Below are positions 17,177-23,583 of a DNA stretch of 32,000 bases, piece after piece. Within the stretch, counting starts at the first letter, position 1, and each line of letters starts with the position of its first letter. This stretch comes from an uncultured bacterium (GTDB taxonomy: Bacteria > Auribacterota > JACPWU01). The position numbers and the translations under genes were made by a program. The stretch is from NCBI GenBank assembly GCA_964640155.1, contig CAZXEQ010000001.1, positions 30,001-62,000 on the forward strand, in the 5' to 3' direction. The notes under the pieces are model-generated. The model saw nothing but the letters and a program-made list of their open reading frames with translations, made no database searches and was not told the DNA's origin.

Positions 17177-17629
17177 CTACGCCCTCTTAAGTTGCCTATA
17201 AGATTCATATAAAACAATCCCCGCAGCTGTCGATAAATTCAAAGAACGAATAGGTGCTTGAACTGGGATCTTATATAGATACGAGGAGAATTTTTGAATC
17301 AATTCTGATCCTAGGCCGGTTGATTCTTTTCCAAAAATGAGAGAATCATTCTCACCATAGCTAATATCTGTATAAATTTTATCCGCATGAGCAGAAAAGA
17401 AATAAAAAGGACACTCTTGATACTTTAAAAGATATGAATCTAAATCAGAGTGAAAAGAAACTGAAACATCTTTCCAATAATCAAGTCCTGCCCTCTTCAC
17501 TTGCTTATCACTAAGAGAATACCCGGTAGGACCCACAATATGAAGTTGGACCCCTAAAGCCAAGCATGTTCGGCCAATATTTCCCGTATTCCAACCAATT
17601 TCAGGTTCCACAAGAACAACTTTGATCAT
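17177..17629 (-). CDS. trmL: tRNA (cytidine/uridine-34 2'-O)-methyltransferase TrmL (SpoU/TrmH family)
   Basis: 150 aa. Collinear with E. coli TrmL/YibK: VVLVEPEIGWNTGNIGRTCLALG, KRAGLDYW, LIFGKESTGL and SLNLSTAAGIVLYESYRQL. Confidence 0.85.
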   Translation of the reverse strand: MIKVVLVEPEIGWNTGNIGRTCLALGVQLHIVGPTGYSLSDKQVKRAGLDYWKDVSVSFHSDLDSYLLKYQECPFYFFSAHADKIYTDISYGENDSLIFGKESTGLGSELIQKFSSYLYKIPVQAPIRSLNLSTAAGIVLYESYRQLKRA

Positions 17630-17661
17630 AATAACTCTATTTTAATAGACTCTTATCCGTA

Positions 17662-18471
17662 TCAGGATTCTTGTATTGCTTGTCCAATAGCTTTAATTCT
17701 TGCTTCATCGAAATTTACAGGACCATTCCAAGATGCATGATAGGCACTCCAATTCGCTCTGTATTTTAAATAAAGTTTTGCTTGTTTATGAAGGGTTTCT
17801 GGAGATGCTTCAATCAGAGGAGAACAATCATTCGTTGAAATTTTATTTGAATCTTTCCAAACATTCTTATCATTTGCTTCTTCACACAAATGTTTCTCCT
17901 GATATTGAGCTTTGCTTTTCAAATTTTGACCCCACCAACTATCACCAATACAAATCACCTTTGCCCCAGGCCATATTTCATACCCGTACTTCATCCATTC
18001 TTCACATTTGCGTCTATCTCCTCCTCTACTTCCTGGCTCTGTCACAGGCTGAAAAATAATCAACTGAGTGCCCACTTTATCTTTAAGCTCATCTACAAGT
18101 TTCTTAAAATCAGAAGTAGATCGAGCCCTTACTTTTTTCGTATTCCAATTCACGACAATGATCTCAACAGTAATCCCTTTATCCCTGAATGGCTTTACCC
18201 AATTTGCTATAAAATCTGTATCTTTCTTAAAATCAATTTCAATAATCGTGTAATTTAATCCATGATTTGCTAAAGCATTTGCAAAAGCATTTGGATCTTG
18301 GCTTGCCCAATCCCACGGAGTAGCATAACCTATAAAATGCCCTATAGGTTTTTTAGGAAGAATCGTTACAGTAGAAATATGAGACGATCTCTTTTCAGCA
18401 TGACAACTCATCGATAAAAGGCAAAGAGAAGCTAAAGAAATAATAATCAGAAAAATTTTGAAACGTTTCAT
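17662..18471 (-). CDS. Secreted hypothetical protein (269 aa); possible TIM-barrel glycosidase-like fold (weak)
   Basis: ORF track entry. Signal peptide MKRFKIFLIIISLASLCLLSMSCHA. The FQPVTEPGS segment is reminiscent of the GH5-type NEP motif, and that is the only functional hint. Confidence 0.65.
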   Translation of the reverse strand: MKRFKIFLIIISLASLCLLSMSCHAEKRSSHISTVTILPKKPIGHFIGYATPWDWASQDPNAFANALANHGLNYTIIEIDFKKDTDFIANWVKPFRDKGITVEIIVVNWNTKKVRARSTSDFKKLVDELKDKVGTQLIIFQPVTEPGSRGGDRRKCEEWMKYGYEIWPGAKVICIGDSWWGQNLKSKAQYQEKHLCEEANDKNVWKDSNKISTNDCSPLIEASPETLHKQAKLYLKYRANWSAYHASWNGPVNFDEARIKAIGQAIQES

Positions 18472-18480
18472 ATGACTCTT

Positions 18481-18619
18481 GCGTGCCGGCCCCGATATTT
18501 TTCGGGGGGCCGACTTACATCGGCCTTGAGCCAGTCACTCCTCCTAGTAGTCGAATATCAGCCACTGGCTGATATGCATTCTTAATCAAATCTTCTGACC
18601 AATGGCCTTTAAGAAGTCA
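18481..18619 (-). ncRNA. tRNA-trailing structured element E1 (between the tRNA-Glu 3' end and the 269-aa gene start); same family as E2 and E3
   Basis: Shares the family core with E2 and E3. Conserved hairpin atatcagcc 18555-18563 / ggctgatat 18567-18575, flanked by tagtcg and gcat. Hairpin ccccga 18490-18495 / tcgggg 18502-18507. Left end gcgtgcc. GC-rich island within AT-rich spacer. The strand is assumed from the tRNA orientation. Confidence 0.5.
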
Positions 18620-18692
18620 CGGCCCCAACGGGATTCGAACCCGTGTCTCAGCCTTGAGAGGGCTACGTCCTAGGCCTCTAGACGATGGGGCC
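18620..18692 (-). tRNA. tRNA-Glu (anticodon CUC)
   Basis: The reverse complement folds as a cloverleaf: GGCCCCA TC GTCT AGAGGCCTA GGAC G TAGCC CTCTCAA GGCTG AGAC ACGGG TTCGAAT CCCGT TGGGGCC G. 73 nt; no encoded CCA. Confidence 0.9.
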
Positions 18693-18724
18693 AAAAAAAT
18701 CATTTTGAAAATTAAAATTTTTGG

Positions 18725-18972
18725 CTGCCGGACTAGGATTCGGCGCCTGCGCGATTCGGTTATTCACCTTTGGTAAAACCCTCGGTTGATTTTCAACCTC
18801 GGACACCTCACGCTTCGGTCGGCCACTCGGTTCTCCTAATAGTCGCAAATCATGCCCCGCATGATTTGCATCATTTCTTAGTCGAACCTCTCTTCGAATC
18901 CTAGTTTACTACTAAACTATTCCTGATGAAATTTATAGGCTTTGATACTTTTACATCTCTTACTGCGAAACT
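18725..18972 (-). mobile_element. tRNA-trailing element E2, bounded by an 18-nt duplication of the tRNA-Gln T-loop-to-3'-end; candidate miniature integrative element or structured RNA
   Basis: Direct repeat ctgccggactaggattcg at 18725-18742 and 18973-18990, the second copy lying inside tRNA-Gln. Identity breaks inside the T-loop and is followed by gcgcc. Internal inverted copy cgaatcctagt 18895-18905 pairs with 18732-18742. Conserved hairpin caaatcatg 18846-18854 / catgatttg 18860-18868. Hairpin ggttga/tcaacc 18784-18798. Confidence 0.6.
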
Positions 18973-19043
18973 CTGCCGGACTAGGATTCGAACCTAGATA
19001 CACAGATCCAGAGTCTGCGGTCCTACCATTAGACGATCCGGCA
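18973..19043 (-). tRNA. tRNA-Gln (anticodon CUG)
   Basis: The reverse complement is TGCCGGA TC GTCT AATGGTA GGAC C GCAGA CTCTGGA TCTGT GTAT CTAGG TTCGAAT CCTAG TCCGGCA G. U1-A72 and G73 are typical of bacterial tRNA-Gln. 71 nt; no encoded CCA. Confidence 0.88.
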
Positions 19044-19100
19044 AAAAAGTAGTGGATAGTGTATAGGGAATAGTGCGGAGTGAAAAGAAAAAATTCTCTC

Positions 19101-19137
19101 AAAAAAAAGCCCCCTGAAGAGCTGAGCTCTTCAGGGG
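19101..19137 (-). terminator. Rho-independent terminator of the porin gene
   Basis: Perfect 12-bp stem (cccctgaagagc 19111-19122 / gctcttcagggg 19126-19137) with a 3-nt loop. On the minus strand it is followed by GC and eight T. It lies 24 nt after the stop codon. Confidence 0.9.
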
Positions 19138-19160
19138 ACTAAAACTTCAACCTTCAACCA

Positions 19161-20540
19161 TTAGAAGCTAACTAAAATCTCGCCTCTAATTTCGAAAGCT
19201 GTATCATCTGGGGTGTAAGCTGCTCCAGGCAAGAACCAAGCCAAATAGAGCTGTGTGCTTACATCTTCAGTGTAATCATACTCAGCAACGACGTCAAATT
19301 CGTTACCAAGATCATTATCACCGCCATTGGTCAATGTTGGGATACCGCCATTGTCCTGGAAAGCATCTCCCATAGACATGACTGCATCTTCAACTTGCCA
19401 ATAGTGATAGTAATCTAATGCCAAAGTAAGATTTTCCATAGGAAGAACGCTCAATTTAGCATTGATGAAATGAATATTCTCCAGTCGAGGACTGAAAGCA
19501 TATCCGTAGTAGTTGTATTCAAAGAGTTCCTGGAACCCTTCGTAATCAGCAGTACCACCTGTACCTGGGCTATCTTCTCCAGAAGCATAAGTATATGCAA
19601 CTGAAAGAGAAGGATGCCATGCAAAATCAAAGGTATAAGAAGCACCCAAATTAGCTGCCCACGCTTCTAAATCACGTGTGGAGCTATATTGATTGAACTG
19701 ATAATCCCCTTCGGCCCATAATTGCAAAGCCTCAATAGGATTAACATCGCCTCTTAAACCAAACGTCACAGGTTGATAGTGTGTTTCACCATCAGCAATA
19801 CCCATGATATAAGCTTCAGCATTCCAACGATCAGCAGCATAATGACCATTAACAATATACAAGCTGGCATCATCTGCATTGGTCGCTGTAATAGCTTGAG
19901 AGCTTCTTTCGGCAAGACGTGCATAGACTGCATCCACAATAATTGGATAATAGTCTAATGTCGCACGAATCGCGTCGAAGTTAATCTCATGTTCGTTATC
20001 GCTGACAAGGAAACCCTTGCCGAAGTTAAGATATTGACGACCCACTTTTGCAGTCAATGGCTGATAATAAAGCTCACTGGCTTGAATGTAGGCCTGACTT
20101 ACCCTAACTTCATAACCATCTTTTTGTCTTCTGGCCTGACTGGTGGTGTTTTCATCAAGATGAAAACTACCATCGATGTCAGTGGTGCCATCAGCATTAC
20201 GGATGGTTGCACTGCTGCTAGGTAAACCAAGAGCTGCTGCTGCACTTGCAGATGTTTCATCGCTGTGAACAGCTTTGTCACCTGCAATACCAGAAGCTTC
20301 AAGCTCAATAGCTACCAGGACGTTATCTGTAAGATCGGCTTCAACATTGATTCTTGCACGTTGGGCAAAATAGCCGATATCATCATCTGCTGGTCCCGCA
20401 TCATCAATGAGATCAATGACGTTTGAGCTGAAAATACCACGATTTCTCAACTCGCCAGAGACCTTCACGTTCTGAACTTCAGCGGATACTACACCAGAGA
20501 TGAGGACAAGCATTGCGATACTCGAAAGTATCTTTCTCAT
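19161..20540 (-). CDS. Outer-membrane beta-barrel porin, alginate-export (AlgE)-like family
   Basis: 459 aa. Signal peptide MRKILSSIAMLVLISGVVSA. Motif KVGRQYLNFGKGFLVSDNEHEINFDAIRATLDY resembles the AlgE-family GRQ..fG.g.l...w.n..r.FDg motif. Alternating beta-strand pattern and a C-terminal ...ILVSF with terminal Phe. AGGAG Shine-Dalgarno 10 nt upstream of the start. Confidence 0.75.
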   Translation of the reverse strand: MRKILSSIAMLVLISGVVSAEVQNVKVSGELRNRGIFSSNVIDLIDDAGPADDDIGYFAQRARINVEADLTDNVLVAIELEASGIAGDKAVHSDETSASAAAALGLPSSSATIRNADGTTDIDGSFHLDENTTSQARRQKDGYEVRVSQAYIQASELYYQPLTAKVGRQYLNFGKGFLVSDNEHEINFDAIRATLDYYPIIVDAVYARLAERSSQAITATNADDASLYIVNGHYAADRWNAEAYIMGIADGETHYQPVTFGLRGDVNPIEALQLWAEGDYQFNQYSSTRDLEAWAANLGASYTFDFAWHPSLSVAYTYASGEDSPGTGGTADYEGFQELFEYNYYGYAFSPRLENIHFINAKLSVLPMENLTLALDYYHYWQVEDAVMSMGDAFQDNGGIPTLTNGGDNDLGNEFDVVAEYDYTEDVSTQLYLAWFLPGAAYTPDDTAFEIRGEILVSF

Positions 20541-20945
20541 CTATTTATATCTCCTTGTTTGTTTTCTTTATTGGATTTATCTGACCATCACCTGAGTAAC
20601 TTAAGGCTTAAAAAATGAAATCATCCCCCCTTTCTTGCCTGATTAAAGCTACCTATGATGTTAGGTTGCGACTTTGAATTAAAATGAATAGAAAAATAAA
20701 AACTACTCCCCTGTACAAAGAAAACCCCTTAGAAGCATTAAAAACACTAGCTAAAGAATCCCTAATACATTGAAGTAGAATCAACTGTAGAGTACTACAA
20801 AAACCCCCTTAAAGATTGAAACAAGAATAGATTAACAAAAATTAAATTAAACTGTCAATAAAATTGAAACGAAAATATAGGAACTTTTCAAAAATCGCAT
20901 TTGTAAATTCTTGTTTGACTGAAGCTAGAGTTCTCTCATATTCGT

Positions 20946-21584
20946 TCATTTTTGAACAATATTATCATGACTTCCGACAATCGCTTCTAATGGCGCCTTC
21001 CACGAAGTATCTGCCTTTTCAGTCTTTAACTTCATGAAGTACTCCAATCCTGCTTGAATATTACCTTTTGAGAAAAGGCATCGTCCTAAATTAATCTGAA
21101 CAACTGTGCTTAAAAAAGAAGATTTTTCGTCTTTTGCCAAACGATTAAAAACTGCTTCTGCCTCAGCTATTTTTCCTTCCCAAAGAAGACATTCTCCAAT
21201 TCTATTTTCAAGGAGAGAAGAAAAAGCCCCACGAGTGGAGCTTTTTAAAATTTTCTCATACATTTCTCGTGCTTGCAAAAAATGTCCTTGTTTCCACTCC
21301 TCTTCAGCAAGATTAATGAATGCAATTTGTGAAGCAACAGTCCCTGAATAATTTTTTACAAATTTTTCATATTCCTGATTTTCTTTTAAAAGAGAAAGAG
21401 CTTGAAAAGCTTTTTCTTCATGTTGGTTTTGATAGGTAAACCAACCCCAATATCCTAATGCAATAACCACTGTCATTAACAAAAATCCGATAATTATTTT
21501 TTTAAATTTTTGAAACGTTTGAATTAACCGAGAAAGTTTTGTATTCGGTTTTTGTAAAAGAGTTGCTACAGATTTATTTTTCAT
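20946..21584 (-). CDS. Membrane-anchored TPR-like protein, YfgM-like (ancillary SecYEG-associated family)
   Basis: 212 aa. Single N-terminal TM helix IIIGFLLMTVVIALGYWGWFTY, followed by TPR-like helices (FLQAREMYEKILKSS..., AEAEAVFNRLAKDE..., NIQAGLEYFMKL). The architecture matches YfgM. Confidence 0.55.
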   Translation of the reverse strand: MKNKSVATLLQKPNTKLSRLIQTFQKFKKIIIGFLLMTVVIALGYWGWFTYQNQHEEKAFQALSLLKENQEYEKFVKNYSGTVASQIAFINLAEEEWKQGHFLQAREMYEKILKSSTRGAFSSLLENRIGECLLWEGKIAEAEAVFNRLAKDEKSSFLSTVVQINLGRCLFSKGNIQAGLEYFMKLKTEKADTSWKAPLEAIVGSHDNIVQK

Positions 21585-21629
21585 GATGGTAAAGTCCCTA
21601 TCAGGTTTACATAAATACTAAAGAGCTAC

Positions 21630-21657
21630 ATCATACTCACTAAAATTTAAAAATCAA
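21630..21657 (-). promoter_or_regulatory. Candidate sigma-70 promoter for the YfgM-like gene (TTGATT-16 nt-TATGAT)
   Basis: On the minus strand, TTGATT is at 21657-21652, followed by a 16-nt spacer and TATGAT at 21635-21630. The site is about 45 nt upstream of the ATG at 21584. Confidence 0.35.
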
Positions 21658-21693
21658 AATATTTAAAAATCCTAAAACGCTGATTTCTATATT

Positions 21694-21938
21694 AAATTTT
21701 GCCCCCGAGACGAGTCGGCGCCTTTGGGTCTCGGGCTACCCCGATATGTACATCGGGGACCTTCGGACGCCTCGCCCTCCGGTCGGCCAGCCGCCCTTCA
21801 CAGCAGTCGCCAATCATCCTGTGGATGATTGGCATTATAGAGTTTCAGGGCTCCTATTCGACTCGTCAAAAAGACAGATTTGACACGAGTCCAAAGATAT
21901 ATTACCTATACGCACTGCACGTGATAAACAAAAAATTT
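21694..21938 (-). mobile_element. tRNA-trailing element E3, bounded by a 24-nt duplication of the tRNA-Arg T-loop-to-3'-end plus trailer; candidate miniature integrative element or structured RNA
   Basis: Direct repeat aaattttgcccccgagacgagtcg at 21694-21717 and 21933-21956, the second copy overlapping the tRNA-Arg 3' end. Identity breaks in the T-loop and is followed by gcgcc, as in E2. Internal inverted copy cgactcgtc 21859-21867 pairs with 21709-21717. Conserved hairpin ccaatcatcc 21810-21819 / ggatgattgg 21823-21832. Hairpin ccccgat/atcgggg 21739-21758. Confidence 0.6.
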
Positions 21939-22012
21939 TGCCCCCGAGACGAGTCGAACGTCCGACCTAGGCTTTAGGAAAGCCTCGCTCTATCCTACTG
22001 AGCTACGGGGGC
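21939..22012 (-). tRNA. tRNA-Arg (anticodon CCU)
   Basis: The reverse complement is GCCCCCG TA GCTC AGTAGGATA GAGC G AGGCT TTCCTAA AGCCT AGGTC GGACG TTCGACT CGTCT CGGGGGC A. 74 nt; no encoded CCA. Confidence 0.9.
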
Positions 22013-22052
22013 GTTAAAACGATTGCTTTTCCTAAGCCCTATCAAACTGCCG

Positions 22053-22598
22053 CTAATACTGAATTAATGAAAAAACAGGATGTCCTTCAAGTTTTTTCCT
22101 GCCTTCAAGGAATAAAAGTTCAATAAGAAAAGCGATTTCAACAATTTCACAACCAAGATTCTTAACCAATTCAATCACCGCAGAAATAGTGCCTCCAGTC
22201 GCCAAAACATCATCCACTAAAAGAACTCTATCCCCTTTTTTTAAATCTTCTTTATGAATTTCAAGGCAATCTAAACCATATTCGAGTTGATAAGTAGCTT
22301 TACATGTAGCACGAGGTAATTTACCTTTTTTTCGTACAGGAATCACTCCAACACCCAATTGCGCTGCCAATGGGGCTCCCAGTAAAAAACCTCTAGATTC
22401 AATACATACAATCGCATCAAAGGAAGAATCTTTAAGGTGGTTTGCAAAAAAATCGATTGTCTTTTTAAAAAGAGGACCATTCTTTAAAAGAGGCGTAATA
22501 TCTTTAAACAAAATTCCTTTTTTAGGAAAATCTGGAACATCGCGAATTGCTTCTTTTAATGCTACCTCGAGTGCTTTGCTCCCTTCCATCGTGATCAC
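22053..22598 (-). CDS. apt: Adenine phosphoribosyltransferase
   Basis: 181 aa. Apt-typical DFPKKGILFKDITPLL and the PRPP-binding motif VLLVDDVLATGGT. Its start overlaps the sigma gene stop by 4 nt (ATGA). Confidence 0.92.
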   Translation of the reverse strand: MITMEGSKALEVALKEAIRDVPDFPKKGILFKDITPLLKNGPLFKKTIDFFANHLKDSSFDAIVCIESRGFLLGAPLAAQLGVGVIPVRKKGKLPRATCKATYQLEYGLDCLEIHKEDLKKGDRVLLVDDVLATGGTISAVIELVKNLGCEIVEIAFLIELLFLEGRKKLEGHPVFSLIQY

Positions 22599-23446
22599 CG
22601 ATTAAAATCCTCATAATCCAATTTCATACTCTTTAAAATTTCTCTCATCTTTTTCACAGCAGCATCGCTGATTTGTCGAACACGTTCTCGAGTCACACCC
22701 AATGTTTGTCCAATTTCTTCTAAAGTTTTTGGCTTGTCACCAAAAAGCCCAAATCGCCATGATACAATTTTTGCCTCTCGCTCATCCATTTTACTTAAAA
22801 GATCCATAATATTATCTTGAATCATGCGTTCTGCTAAAGAACGATGAGGACTTGCAGCTCCTTCATCTGAAACCACATTAATAAGTTCACTGACTCCATC
22901 TTCTCCAATGGTTTCATTTAAAGATTCAGGAGATTGAGAAACTTCGAGAACTTCCACAACTTTCTCAGTTTCAATTCCAAGATGTTTGGCAATTTCTTGA
23001 GAAGTAGGAGGACGCCCCATCCTTTTTGAAAGAACTTCTAAGGCCCTGTTCACTGCCGATACTTTTTCCACCATATAAACAGGTAAACGAATCATTTTTG
23101 CTTGATTCGATAAAGCTCGAACAATGGCTTGTTTAATCCACCAAGCAGCATAGGTACTTAACTTACATCCCTTTGCAAGATCATATTTTTCAACAGACTT
23201 CATAAGCCCCAGATTTCCTTCCTCAATAAGATCTGAAAAGGAAAGACCCAGGTTCATGTATTTTTTTGCAATGGTAACAACCAAACGCAAGTTTGAACGA
23301 ATCAAGGTACGGCGGGCTTCTTCATCGCCATCTTTAGCAAGATGGGCCAGGCGTTCTTCCTCTTCTCGAGAAACAAGAGGAATCTCGCCTATTTGCTTCA
23401 GGTATATCTGTACGGGATCGCCAGTGTCTGCCATTGGATAAACCAT
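22595..23446 (-). CDS. RNA polymerase sigma factor, sigma-70 family, compact RpoD/RpoS-like (regions 1.2-4.2)
   Basis: 283 aa. YLKQIGEIPLVSREEEERLA (region 1.2/2.1), LIEEGNLGLMKSVEKYD and STYAAWWIKQAI (2.2-2.4), TLEEIGQTLGVTRERVRQI (4.2 HTH). Either ATG 23446 or ATG 23434 could be the start. Confidence 0.9.
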   Translation of the reverse strand: MVYPMADTGDPVQIYLKQIGEIPLVSREEEERLAHLAKDGDEEARRTLIRSNLRLVVTIAKKYMNLGLSFSDLIEEGNLGLMKSVEKYDLAKGCKLSTYAAWWIKQAIVRALSNQAKMIRLPVYMVEKVSAVNRALEVLSKRMGRPPTSQEIAKHLGIETEKVVEVLEVSQSPESLNETIGEDGVSELINVVSDEGAASPHRSLAERMIQDNIMDLLSKMDEREAKIVSWRFGLFGDKPKTLEEIGQTLGVTRERVRQISDAAVKKMREILKSMKLDYEDFNR

Positions 23447-23513
23447 TCACAAGTTGTTGTCTAAATAAAACTTACACTTAAGTTATTTTACATCAGAAAG
23501 GTGAAAAAATCGA

Positions 23514-23561
23514 CGATAAAAACAAAGCAGGAAACAAGATATTTAAATCTTGCCTCCTGCT
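23514..23561 (-). terminator. Rho-independent terminator after ppdK
   Basis: 15-bp stem 23526-23540 / 23547-23561. Its two mismatches become G-U pairs only in the minus-strand RNA. It is followed on the minus strand by TTGTTTTTAT and lies 23 nt after the ppdK stop. Confidence 0.75.
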
Positions 23562-23583
23562 TTTCACTTCATTTGTTGCTTCT

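Noticed and set aside
13261-18258. Nested or overlapping short ORFs (13261-13500, 13689-14030, 14111-14320, 15194-15451, 15213-15407, 16444-16695, 17700-18258).
   Set aside because: Each lies inside a longer, better-supported minus-strand CDS, in another frame or in antisense, and none has independent support.
18923-18932. CTGATGAAA, resembling the hammerhead ribozyme core CUGAUGA...GAAA.
   Set aside because: There is no stem II between the two boxes and no flanking stems I or III.
18917-19102. A 61-aa minus-strand ORF.
   Set aside because: It overlaps tRNA-Gln entirely and runs into the porin terminator, so it is an artefact of the tRNA sequence.
18481-21938. E1-E3 as tmRNA, SRP (4.5S) RNA, RNase P RNA or 6S RNA.
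   Set aside because: There is no 5' acceptor strand or tag reading frame (tmRNA). There is no GGAAG...CAGCC domain IV motif (SRP). There are no GAGGAAAGTCC or ACAGAAA boxes (RNase P). Three copies also argue against a single-copy housekeeping RNA.
21699-21977. A 92-aa plus-strand ORF rich in Arg, Ser, Pro and Gly.
   Set aside because: It spans element E3 and the antisense of tRNA-Arg. Its composition reflects the GC-rich structured DNA, and it has no Shine-Dalgarno sequence.
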